Shown: piece by piece, positions 43,932 through 56,514 of the stretch
How the letters are laid out: each line of letters begins with the position of its first letter
How positions within the stretch are numbered: the stretch's first letter is position 1
Assembly: GCF_963921235.1 (NCBI RefSeq)
Contig: NC_086097.1
Span: 106,518,001 to 106,582,000, forward strand
DNA from: Mobula hypostoma
Lineage: Eukaryota
Length of the DNA stretch: 64,000 nt
Direction of reading: 5' to 3'
Made by a program: the position numbers and the translations under genes
Notes under the pieces: model-generated
What the model saw: the letters and a program-made list of their open reading frames with translations, nothing else
Databases searched by the model: none
What the model was told of the DNA's origin: nothing

Positions 43932-46900
43932 ATCATGTGAGATGTGGCAGTTTTGGGGGAACGCCCCTCTCCCGCAGAGTCACATCTGCCAGAAGTGCAT
44001 ACAGCTGGGCGATCTGGAAGACCATGTAAGGAATCTGGATCAGCAGCTGGATGACCTTCGACTCATAAGGGAGAATGAGGCAGCCAAAAATGAGAGCTAC
44101 AGGGAGGTAGTCACACCTAGGCTGTCGGAAGCAGGTCGTTGGGTGATAGTCCGAGGGGGGAAAGCGAAGGTGAGCAGACAGGTAGTGCAGAGCACCCCTG
44201 TAGCCATTCCCCTGAATAATAAGTTTACAGTCCTGGACGGGGACGACCGACCAGATGTGAGCCGCAGTGGTAGGGCCTTCGGCACTGTGTCTGACCCAGT
44301 GGTGCAGAAGAGTGGTACGGAGAAGAGGAGAGCTGTCATCATTGGAGACTCTATAGTCAGGGGAGCAGACAGGAGATTTTGTGGACGTGAGAAGGACACC
44401 TGCATGGTTTGTTGCCTCCTGGGTGCCAGGGTCCGGGATGTCTCTGACCAGGTGCACGACATCCTGGTACGAAAGGGAAAGCAGCCAGAAGTTGTGATAC
44501 ATGTTGGTACCAACGACGTAAGCAGGAAGAGGGATGAGGTCCTGAAGTGTGAGTTTTGGGAATTAGGCAGAAGGCTGAAGAACAGGACCTCAAGGGTAGC
44601 GTTCTCAGGATTGCTGCCAGTGCTATGTGACAGTGATGGTAAGAATTGGAGGAGATGGCAGTTGGATGTGTGGCCGAGGAGTTGGTGCAGGGAGCAGGGT
44701 TTTAGATTTTTGGATCAGTGGGATCTCTTCTGGGGAAGGTGGGACCTGTACAGATTGGATGGGTTGCACCTGAACTCGAGGGAGAGCAATATCCTTGCAG
44801 GTAGGGTTGCTAGCCTGGTTCGGGAGGGTTTAAACTAATTTGCAAGGGGGATGGGACCCGGAGCAATAGAGCAGTAAAAGAAGTGCATGGAGTAAAGCCA
44901 GATCTAACATATAGAGAGGCCTTGAGGAAAGAGAAGCAGAATAAAGGGTGTAAAGGTAGTAAGGCAGAAGGGATGAAGTGTGTGTACCTCAACGCAAGAA
45001 GCATCAGGAACAATGATGATGAACTGAGAGCTTGGTTACATACATGGAATTATGATGTAGTGGCCATTACAGAGACTTGGCTGGCACCAGGGCAGGAATA
45101 GATTCTCAATATTCCTGGATTTCAGTGCTTTAAAAGGGATAGAGAGGGGGAACAAAGGGGAGGAGGAGTGGCATTACTGGTTGGGGATACTATTACAGCT
45201 ACAGAAAGGGTGGGTAATGTAGCAGGATCCTCTTTTGAGTCAGTATGGGTAGAAGTCAGGAACAGGAAGGGAGCAGTTACTCTATTGGACGTATTCTATA
45301 GGCCCCCGGTAGCAGCAGAGATACAGAGGTGCAGATTGGGAGGCAGATTTTGGAAAGGTGCAAAAATAACAGGGTTGTTATCATGGGCGACTTTAACTTC
45401 CCTAATATTGATTGGCACCTGATTAGTTCCAAGGGTTTAGATGGAGCAGAGTTTGTTAAGTGTGTGCAGGACGGATTCCTGTCACAGTATGTGGACAGGC
45501 TGACTAGGGAGAATGCCATACTAGATCTAGTACAAGGTAATGAACCGGGTCAGGTCACAGATCTCTCAGTGGGTGAGCATCTTGGGGACAGTCACCACCG
45601 CTCCCTGGCCTTTAGCATTATCATGGAAAAGGATAGAATCAGAGAGGACAGGAAAATTTTTAATTGGCGAAGGGCAAATTATGAGGCTATAAGGCTAGAA
45701 CTTGCAGGTGTGAATTGGGATGATGTTTTTGCAGAGAAATGTACTATGGACATGTGGTCGATGTTTAGAGATCTCTTGCAAGATGTTAAGGATAAATTTA
45801 TCCCAGTGAGGAAGATAAAGAATGGTAGGGTGAAGGAACCATGGGTAACAAGTGAGGTGGAAAATCTAGTCAGGTGGAAGAAGGCAGCATACATGAAGTT
45901 TAGGAAGCAAGGATTGGATGGGTCTATTGAGGAATATAGGGATGCAAGAAAGGAGCTTAATAAGGGGCTGAGAAGAGCAACAAGGGGGAATGAGAAGGCC
46001 TTGGCAAGTAGGGTAAAGGAAATCTCCAAGGCATTCTTCAATTATGTGAAGAACAAAAGGATGACAGGAGTGAAGGTAGGACCGATTAGAGATAAAGGTG
46101 GGAAGATGTGCCTGGAGGCGGTGGAAGTGAGCGAGGTCCTCAATGAATACCTCTCTTCGGTATTCACCAATGAGAGGGAATTTGATGACGGTGAGGACAA
46201 TATAAGTGAGGTTGATGTTCTGGAGCATGTTGATATTAAGGGAGAGGAGTTGTTGGAGTTGTTAAAATACGTTAGGACCGTTAAGTCCCCGGGGCCTGAC
46301 GGAATATTCCTCAGGCTGCTCCATGAGGCGAGGGAAGAGATTGCTGAGCCTCTGGCTAGGAACTTTATGTCCTCATTGTCCACGGGAATGGTACCGGAGG
46401 ATTGGAGGGAGGCGAATGTTGTCCCCTTTTTCAAAAAAAGTAGTAGGGATAGTCCGGGTAATTATAGACCAGTGAGCCTTACGTCTGTGGTGGGAAAGCT
46501 GTTGGAAAAGATTCTTAGAGATAGGATCTATGGGCATTTAGAGAATCATGGTCTGATCTGGGACAGTCAGCATGGCTTTGTGAGGGTCAGATCGTATCTA
46601 ACAAGCCTGATAGAGTTCTTTGAGGAGGTGACCAGGCATGTAGATGAGGGTAGTGCAGTGGATGTGATCTATATGGATTTTAGTAAGGCATTTGACAAGG
46701 TTCCACACGGCAGGCTTGTTCAGAAAGTCAGAAGGCATGGGATCCAGGGAAGTTTGGCCAGATGGATTCAGAATTGTCTTGCCTGCAGAAGGCAGAGGGT
46801 CATGGTGGAGGGAGTACATTCAGATTGGAGGATTGTGACTAGTGGTGTCCCACAAGGATCTGTTCTGGGACCTCTACTTTTCGTGATTTTTATTAACGAC

Positions 46901-47826
46901 CTGGATGTGGGGGTAGAAGGGTGGGTTGGCAAGTTTGCAGACGACACAGAGGTAGGTGGTGTTGTGGATAGTGTAGAGGATTGTCAAAGATTGCAGAGAG
47001 ACATCAATAGGATGCAGAAGTGGGCTGAGAAGTGGCAGATGGAGTTCCACCCGGAGAAGTGTGAGGTGGTACACTTTGGAAGGACAAACTCCAAGGCAGA
47101 GTACAAAGTAAATGGCAGGATACTTGGTAGTGTGGAGGAGCAGAGGGATCTGGGGGTACATGTCCACAGATCCCTGAAAGTTGCCTCACAGGTAGATAGG
47201 GTAGTTAAGAAAGCTTATGGGGTGTTAGCTTTCATAAGTCGAGGGATAGAGTTTAAGAATCGCGATGTAATGATGCAGCTCTAAAAAACTCTAGTTAGGC
47301 CACACTTGGAGCACTGTGTCCAGTTCCAGTCGCCTCACTATAGGAAGGATATAGAAGCATTGGAAAGGGTACAGAAGAGATTTACCAGGATGCTGCCTGG
47401 TTTAGAGAGTATGCATTATGATCAGAGATTAAGGGAGCTAGGGCTTTACTCTTTGGAGAAGGAGGATGAGAGGAGACATGATAGAGGTGTACAAGATAAT
47501 AAGAGGAATAGATAGAGTGGATAGCCAGCACCTCTTCCCCAGAGCAGCACTGCTCAATACGTGAGCACATGGTTTTAAGGTAAGGGGTGGAAGTTCAAGG
47601 GGGATATTACAGGAAGGTTTTTAACTCAGAGAGTCGTTGGTGCGTGGAATGCACTGCCTGAGTCACTGGTGGAGGCAGATACACTCGTGAAGTTTAAGAG
47701 ACTACTAGACAGGTATATGGAGGAATTTAAGGTAGGGGGTTATATGGGAGGCAGGGTTTGAGGGTCAGCACAACATTGTGGGCCAAAGGGCCTGTTATGT
47801 GCTGTACTATTCTATGTTCTATGTTC
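43932..47826 (+). mobile_element. CR1 family 'A', copy 2 (most of ORF1 plus ORF2)
   Basis: ORF1 with Cys motif ('CEMW..CQKC'), coiled coil and SGNH esterase, stop at 44836-44838; 651-aa open ORF2 segment 45329..47284; (TTCTATG)n tail; near-identical to 19771-24814. Confidence 0.95.
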
Positions 47827-48525
47827 AAACAGTTTTTGTACCTCCTCTCTCTATGCTGTTTCATTGTTATTTGTAATTAATCCCTTCACTGTAATGTCAT
47901 CTGCAAATCTGATGAATGAGGTAGTTGCAGAGACGGGGGCACAGTCATGGGTGAAAAGAGTGTAAAGGAGTGGGCTCAGTACACATCCCTGTGGTATTCA
48001 GTGTCAGGGAGTTTGATGTGTACTTGCCTAGTTTGACTGTCAGATGTGGTTAGTAAGAAAGTCCAGAATCCAGGTGCAAATTGATGCATTGGGTCCAGGA
48101 TTCTGTAGTTTAGCGATCAACTTGTTTGGGAGTATGGTGTTCAAGAAAGAACTGTACAGTGCCTTTTAAAGGAATTCACCCACCTAACAAGTTTTCATGT
48201 TTTATTGTTTCACAACATTGAACCACAGTAGATTTAATTTGGCTTTTTTGACACTGATTAACAGAAAAACACTCTTCCATGTCAAAGTGAAAACAGATCT
48301 CTCGACAAAGTACAAATATAAAACACAAAAAATTGATTGCATAAGTATTCACCCCCTTTAATATGACACAGCAAAATCATCACTAGGGCAGCCAGTTGGT
48401 TTTAGAAGTTACATAATTAGTTAAGTGGAGATCACCGTATGCAGTCAAGGTGACTGTAGTGAAAATACACCTGTATATGGAAGGTCCATCTGCTGGTGAG
48501 TTAATATCCTGGCAAAAACTACACC

Positions 48526-49966
48526 ATGAAGACAAAAGAACACTCCAAGCATCTCTGCAGAATGGTTATTGAAAAGCACAAGTCAGAAAATAGATACAAG
48601 AATTTTCAAGTCACTGTATATCCCTTGGAGTACAGTTAAGTCAATCATCAAGAAATTAAAAGATTATGGCACAGCTGTAAATCTGCCTACAGCATGCCTT
48701 CCTCAAAAACTGAGTGACCCTGCAAGAAGAGGACTAATGAGGAAGGCCACCAAGAGACCTATGACAACTCTGGAGAAGTTTCAAGCTTCAGTGGCTGAGA
48801 TGGGACAGACTACGCATACAACTGTTGCCCGGGTGCTTCACCAGTCGCAGTTTTATAGGAGTGGCAAAGAGAAAGCCACTGTTGAAAAATACTTACATGA
48901 AATCTCAGCTAGAGTTTGCCAGAAGGCATGTGGGAGAATCTGAAGTCATCTGGAAGAAGGTTCTATGGTCTGATGAAACCAAAATTGAGCTTTTTGGCCA
49001 TTAAACTCAATGCTATGTTTGGCGTAAGCCAAACACCGCACATCATCAAAAACACACCATCCCTACTGCGAAGCCCAGTGGTGGCTGCATCATGCTCTGG
49101 GGATGCTTCACTGCAGCAGGCCCTGGAAGGTTTGTGATGGTAGAGGGTAAAATGAATGTAGCAAAATACAGAGAAATCCTGGAGGAAAACCTGATGCAGT
49201 AACTGGGTTTCATCTCCTAAGTTACAGAGAAAGTTTGAACAAGTTAGGTCTTTCTTCTTTGGAGCGTAGAAGGTTGAGAGGGGACTTGATAGAGGTGTTT
49301 AAAATTATGAGGGGGATTGATAGAGTTGACGTGGATAGGCTTTTTCCATTGAGAGTGGGGGAGATTTAAACAAGAGGACATGAGTTGAGAGTTAAAGGGC
49401 AAAAGTTTAGGGGTAACATGAGGGGAAACTTCTTTATTCAGAGAGTGGTGGCTGTGTGGAACGAGCTTCCAGCAGAAGTGATTGAGGCAGGTTCGATGTT
49501 ATCGTCTTGAAGTTAAATTGGATAGATATATGGACAGGAAAGGAATGGAGGGTTATGGACCGAGTGCAGGCCGGTGGGACTAGGTGAGAGTAGGAGTTCG
49601 GCATGGACTAGAAGGGCCGAGATGGCCTGTTTCCATGCTGAAAGTCTGCAAGAGAACTGTGCCTTGGGAGGAGATCTGTTTTCCAGCAAGACAATGGCCC
49701 CAACCATAAAGCCAAAACTACACAGGAATGGTTTAAAAACAAGATTTACGTTTGGAGTGGCCAAGTCAGAGACCGGACCTTAATCCAATTGAAAATTTGT
49801 GGCTGGACTCGAAAAGGGCTGTTCACTTACGATCCCCATGCAATCTGACAGAGCTTGTGCAGTTTTGTAAAGAAGAATGGAAAAAAATTGCCGTGTCCAT
49901 ATATGCAAAGCTGATACAGACTCAAGGCTATAATTGCTGCAAAAGGTGCATCTACTAAATACTGAC
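48526..49966 (+). pseudogene. Tc1 transposase (DD34E type), frameshifted and CR1-interrupted
   Basis: ATG at 48526 ('MKTKEHSK'); HTH 'IPWSTVKSIIKK'; 'WSDETKIE'; 'FQQDNGP'; 'WPSQRPDLNPIENLW'; ends '..STKY*'. Confidence 0.88.
49201..49642 (+). mobile_element. Short CR1 3' fragment inserted in the Tc1 transposase
   Basis: 'LNKLGLSSLERRRLRGDLIEVFKI'; AGT repeated at both junctions (49198-49200 and 49643-49645); Tc1 sequence resumes afterwards. Confidence 0.88.
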
Positions 49967-52900
49967 TTGAAGGGGGCGAATACTAATACAATCAATTATT
50001 TTGTGTTTTATATTTGTAATTAATTTAGCTCACTTTGTAGAAATCTGTTTTCGCTTTGACACGAAGGAGTCTTTTGCTGCTGATCTGTCTCAAAAAAGCC
50101 AAATTAAATCCACAGTGATTCAATGTTTTAAATAATAAAACAAGGTATAATGTGCAGAGCAATGGAGGTAGTATCCTCAGTTGACTTGTTTGCCTTATAG
50201 GCAAACAGGTGCAGGTCCAGAATAGCAAGGATGGCGCCCTTAATGAGGGTCCCTCCAGGCACTCGGCGGCTATGAGGATAAATGCAGCTGGCCTATAGTC
50301 ATTGAGACATGTTACCATGAACTGCTTTGGGATTGGTATGATGGTTGATGTTTTGAAGCATACAGTGATCACCGCAAGGGACAGAAAGTACATAGAAGAC
50401 AGAACATAGAAACCTACAGCTCATTACTGGCTTTTTGGCCCACAATGTTGTGCTGACCATGTAACCTACTCTAGAAACTGCCTAGAATTACCCTATCACA
50501 TAGCCCTCTATTTTATTGAAGCTCCATGTACCTATCGAAGAAAGAGTCTTTTAAAAGACCCCATTGTATCCACCTCTGCCACTGTTACTGGCATTTCATT
50601 CCATGCATCCACCCACCACTCTCTGCGTGGAAAACTTACCTCTGACATCCCCTCTGTATCTACTTCCAAGCACCTTAAAACTATGCCCCCTCATGTTAGC
50701 CATTTCAGCCCTGGGAAAAAGCCTCTGGCTATCCACACGATCAATGCCTCTCATTATCTTATACTCCTCTATCAGGTGACCTCTCATCCTCTGTCACTTC
50801 AAGGAGAAAAAGCCGAGTTCACTCAACCTATTCTCAGAAGGCATGCTCCCCAATCCAGGCAACATTCTTATAAACCTCCTCTGCACTCTCTATATAGTAT
50901 CCGCATCCTTCCTGTAATGGGGTGACCAGAACTGAAGACAATACTCCAAGTGGGGTCTAACTAAGATCTTATATAGCTGGAGCATTACCTCACTGCTCTT
51001 GACCTCAATCCCATGGTGGATAAAGGCCAACACACCATATGCCTTCTTAACAATACTGTCAACTTGCACAGCAGCTTTGAGTGGCCTATGGACATGGACC
51101 CCAAGATCTCTCTGATCCTCCACACTGCCAAGAGTCTTACCATTAATATATTCTGTCTTCAAATTTGACCTACCAAACTGAACCACTTCACACTTATCTG
51201 GTTTGAACTCCATCTGCTACTTCTCAGCCCAGTTCTGCATCCAATCCATGTCCTGTTGTAACCTCTGACAACCTTCCAGACTATCCACAACACCCCCAGC
51301 TTTTGTGTCATCAGCAAACTCACTAACCCATCCTTCTACTTCTTCATCCACGTCATTTATAAAAATCACAAAGGGGTCTCTGATCAGATCCTTGTGGAAT
51401 ACTATTGGTCACTGACCTCCATGCAGAATACGAATCATCCACAACCATCCTTTGCCTTCTGTGGCAAGCCAGTTCGAGATTCATAAAGTAAGGTCTTTTT
51501 TGGATCCCATGCCTCCTTACTTTCTGAATGAGCCTTGCATGGGGAACCTTATCAAATGTCTTACTGAAATCCATATACACTACATCTACTACTCTACCTT
51601 CATCATTGTATTTTGTTACATCCTCAAAGACTTTAATCAGGCTCATAAGGCACGACCTTCCCTTGACAAAACCATGTGGACTATCCCCAATCAGATTATG
51701 TCCCACCAAATGCTCATAAATCCTGCCTTTCAGGATCTTCTCCAATAACTTGCCCACCACTGAAGTAAGACTCACTTGTCTATAATTTCCTGGGTTATCT
51801 CTACTCCCTTTCTTGAACAAGGGAACAACATCTGCAACCCTCCAATCCTCAAATCTCCTGCTTTGCTTCCCACAGCAGCCTGGGTTATATCTCGCTTATC
51901 TAGCTTAATGCTTTTCAAAGCTCCAGCACATCCTCTTTCTTAATGTCTATATGCTCTAGTGTTTCAATCCCCTCTAAGTCATCCCCACAATTGCTAAGAT
52001 CCTTTTCCCTGGTGAATATTGAAGCAAAGTATTCATTCATGACCTCCGCTACCTCCACCGACTCCATGCACATGTTTCCACTATCGCACTTGATTGGTCC
52101 TACTCTCACATGGCTCATCCTTTTGCCCTTCACATGCTTGTAGAATGCCTTGGGGATTTCCTTAATCCTGTTCGCCAACGCCTGGTCATGGCCTCTTCTA
52201 GTTTCATTCTTGAGCTCCTACCTAGGTTCTTGAACCTTTCATAAGCTTTTCTTTTCTTCTTAACTAGATTTTCAACATTCTTTGTACACTATGGTTCTTT
52301 TACCCTAATATCCTTTCCCTGCCTCAGTGGAACATACCTATTAGAATGCCATGCAAATATTCTCTGAACATTTGCCACTTTTCTGCTATGCATTACCCTG
52401 AAAACATCTACTCCCAAGTTTCTGCCTCATAGCATCATATTTCCCCTACCCAAATTTAATGTTTTACTAAATTTTCTGTTCTTATCCCTCTCCAACGCTA
52501 TGGTAAAGGAGATAAGCTGTGATCACCACCTCCAAAATGCTCTCCCACTGAGAGATCTGACACATGACCAGGTTCATTTCCCAATACCAGATCAAGTACA
52601 GCCTCTCCTCTAGTTGGCTTATCTACATATTGCATCAAGAAACCATCCCATCTAAACCCCCTGCTCTAAGAAGATGCCAGTCAATATTAGGAAAGTTAAA
52701 ATCACCCATCACAACAGCTCTATAATAATAATTGCCCTGTTCCAGAAGCTCTCTGCCCCCAGGTCTACTCCTCGATGTCTCTGTTACTATTGGAGGTCTA
52801 TAAAAAACACCCAGCAGAATTATTGCCCCCTTCTTGTTTCTGACTTTCACCCACACTGACTTAGTAGATAGTCGCTCGATGACTTCCTCCTTTTCTGCAG

Positions 52901-54457
52901 CCGTGATATTATCCCTGACTAGCAATGCCATAACCCCAACTCTTTTGTATCCCTCCCTGTTCTTTTGAAATCCTGACATACTCAGCAGCCACTCCTGCCC
53001 CTGAGACATCCAAGTCTCTGTAATGGCCACAACATCCTTATTCCACATATTGATCCATAGAACCATTGAACCATAGAAACTACAGCACAGAAACAGGCCA
53101 TTTGGCCCTTCTTGGCTGTGCCAAACCATTTTCTGCCTAGCCCCACTGACCTGCACACGGACCATATCCCTCCATACACCTCCCATCCATGCATCTGTCC
53201 AATTTATTCTTAAATGTTAAAAAAGAACCCGCATTTACCACCTCGTCTGGCAGCTCATTCCATACTCCCACCACTCTCTGTGTGAAGAAGCCCCCCCTAA
53301 TGTTCCCTTTAAACTCACCCTTAACCCATGTCCTCTGGTTTTTTTCTCCCCTTGCCTCAGTGGAAAAAGCCTGCTTGCATTCACTCTATCTATACCCATC
53401 ATAATTTTATATACCTCTATCAAATCTCCCCTCATTCTTCTACGCTCCAGGGAATAAAGTCCTAACCTATTCAACCTTTCTGTGTAACTGAGTTACTCAA
53501 GTCCCAGCAATATCCTTGTAAACCTTCTCTGCACTCTTTCAACCTTATGTATATCCTTCCTGTAATTTGGTGACCAAAACTGAACACAATACTCCAGATT
53601 CGGCCTCACCAATGCCTTATACAACCTCATCATAACATTCCAGCTCTTATACTCAATACTTTGATTAATAAAGGCCAATGTACCAAAAGCTCTCTTTACG
53701 ACCCTATCTACCTGTGACGCCACTTTTAGGGAATTTTGTATCTGTATTTCCAGATCCCTCTGTTCCACTTCACTCCTCAGTGCCTTACCATTAACCCTGT
53801 ATGTTCTACCTTGGTTTGTCCTTCCAACGTGCAATACCTCAAATTTGTCTGTATTAAACTCCATCTGCCATTTTTCAACCCATTTTTCCAGCTGGTCCAA
53901 GTCCCTCTGCAGGCTCTGAAAACCTTCCTCACTGTCTACTACACCTCCAATCTTTGTATCATCAGCAAATTTGCTGAGCCAATTTACCACATTATCATCC
54001 AGATCATTGATACAGATGACAAATAACAATGGACCCAGCACTGATCCCTGTGGCACACCACTAGTCACAGGCCTCCACTCAGAGAAGCAATTCTCTACCA
54101 CCATCTTTAGCTTCTTCCATTAAGCCAATGTCTAATCCAATTTACCACCTCTCCTTGTATACCTAGCGACTGAATTTTCCTAACTAACCTCCCATGAGGG
54201 ATCTTGTCAAAGGCCTTACTGAAGTCCATGTAGACAATATCCACGGCCTTCCCTTCATCCACTTTCCTGGTAACCTCCTTGAAAAACTCCAATAGATTGG
54301 TCAAACATGACCTACCATGCACAAAGCCATGTTGACTCTCCCTAATGAGTTCCTGTCTATCCAAATGCTTGTAGATTCTGTCTCTTAGTACTCCCTCCAA
54401 TAACTTACCTACTACCGACGTTAAACTTACTGGCCTATAATTTATAGGAAGAAGCGC

Positions 54458-54493
54458 AGTCGACGTTTCAGGCCGAGACCCTTCGTCAGGACT
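54458..54493 (-). ncRNA. Minimal hammerhead ribozyme
   Basis: Minus strand: AGUC CUGACGA AGG GUCUCGG CCU GAA ACGU C GACU. Confidence 0.8.
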
Positions 54494-56478
54494 AACTGAA
54501 GGAAGAGTGAGTAAGGGATTTGAAAGCTGGAGGGGGAGGGGGAGATGCAAAATGATAGGAGAAGACAGGAGGGGGAGGGATGGAGCCGAGAGCTGGACAG
54601 GTGATAGGCAGAAGGGGATACGAGAGGATCATGGGACAGGAGGTCCGGGAAGAAAGACGGGGGGGGGGTGACCCAGAGGATGGGCAAGAGGTATATTCAG
54701 AGGGACAGAGGGAGCCCATAGCTACACCTTTAGTTTGGAGGAAATGGGAGGAGCAAAAGGAGAAATTATTAAGAGTAAGGACTAATTCTGCTAGACGGAG
54801 CAGAGTGGTGGTAGAGGGGAACTGATTAGGTCTGGAATCCAAAAAGAAGCGTAGAGCTTTGAGACCTTCCTGATGGGGGATGGAAGTATATAGGGACTGG
54901 ACATCCCAGGTGAAAATAAAGCGGTGGGGGCCAGGGAACTTAAAATCATCTAAAAGTTTAAGAGCGTGAGAAGTGTCACGAACATAGGTCGGAAGGGATT
55001 GAACAAGGGGTGATAAAACACCGTATGGGTCCTAGCTATGCCTGCCTTTTTGTTGGGTTTGTGGAACAATCTATGTTCCGTGCCTATTCTGGTATCTGTC
55101 CCCCACTTTTCCTTCGCTACATCGACGACTGCATTGGCGCTGCTTCCTGCACGCATGCAGAACTCGTTGACTTTATTAACTTTGCCTCCAACTTTCACCC
55201 TGCCCTCAAGTTTACCTGGTCCATTTCTGACACCTCCCTCCCCTTTCTAGATCTTTCTGTCTCTGTCTCTGGAGACAGCTTATCCACTGATGTCTACTAT
55301 AAGCCTACTGACTCTCACAACTATCTGGACTATTCCTCTTCTCACCCTGTCTCTTGCAAAAACGCCATCCCCTTCTCGCAATTCCTCCGTCTCCGCCGCA
55401 TCTGCTCTCAGGATGAGGCTTTTCATTCTAGGACGAGGGAGATGTCTTCATTTTTTAAAGAAAGGGGCTTCCCTTCCTCCACTATCAACTCTGCTCTTAA
55501 ACGCATCTCCCCCATTTCACGTACATCTGCTCTCACTCCATCCTCCCACCACCCCACTAGGAATAGGGTTCCCCTGGTCCTCACCTACCACCCCACCAGC
55601 CTCCGGGTCCAACATATTATTCTCCGTAACTTCCGCCACCTCCAACGGGATCCCACCACTAAGCATATCTTTCCCTCCCCCCTCTCTCTGCATTCCGCAG
55701 GGATCGCTCCCTACACAACTCCCTTGTCCATTCGTCCCCCCCATCCCTCCCCACTGATCTCCCTCCTGGCACTTATCCGTGTAAGCGGAACAAGTGCTAC
55801 ACATGCCCTTACACTTCCTCCCTTACCACCATTCAGGGCCCCAAACAGTCCTTCCAGGTGAGGCATCACTTCACCTGTGAGTCGACTGGGGTGATATACT
55901 GCGTCCGGTGCTCCCGATGTGGCCTTTTATATATTGGTGAGACCCGACGCAGACTGGGAGACCGCTTTGCTGAACATCTACGCTCTGTCCGCCAGAGAAA
56001 GCAGGATCTCCCAGTGGCCACACATTTTAATTCCACATCCCATTCCCATTCTGACATGTCTATCCACGGCCTCCTCTACTGTAAAGATGAAGCCACACTC
56101 AGGTTGGAGGAACAACACCTTATATTCCGTATGGGTAGCCTCCAACCTGATGGCATGAACATTGACTTCTCTAACTTCCGCTAGGCCCCACCTCCCCCTC
56201 GTACCCCATCTGTTACTCTTTTTAATGCACACATTCTTTCTCTCACTCTCCTTTTTCTCCCTCTGTCCCTCTGAATATACCTCTTGCCCATCCTCTGGGT
56301 CACCCCCCCCCCCTTCTTTCTTCCCGGACCTCCTGTCCCATGATCCTCTCGTATCCCCTTCTGCCTATCACCTGTCCAGCTCTCGGCTCCATCCCTCCCC
56401 CTCCTGTCTTCTCCTATCATTTTGCATCTCCCCCTCCCCCTCCAGCTTTCAAATCCCTTACTCACTCTTCCTTCAGTT

Positions 56479-56514
56479 AGTCCTGACGAAGGGTCTCGGC
56501 CTGAAACGTCGACT
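56479..56514 (+). ncRNA. Minimal hammerhead ribozyme
   Basis: AGTC CTGACGA AGG GTCTCGG CCT GAA ACGT C GACT. Confidence 0.8.

Larger units (their letters stand above)
48157..50141 (+). mobile_element. Tc1 DNA transposon with long (about 200 bp) TIRs; outer right TIR missing
   Basis: TA|CAGTGCC start; 48197-48358 is mirrored at about 49969-50141; repeated ATTCACCC motif at both ends of the left TIR. Confidence 0.9.

Noticed and set aside
43816..44838. 340-aa ORF as a host esterase gene
   Set aside because: It is CR1 ORF1; the first 39 or so codons come from antisense Rex sequence upstream of the insertion junction.
19771..47826. Segmental duplication of 19.8-24.8 kb and 44.3-47.8 kb
   Set aside because: Similarity stops at the CR1 boundaries; flanks and truncation points differ, so these are independent insertions.
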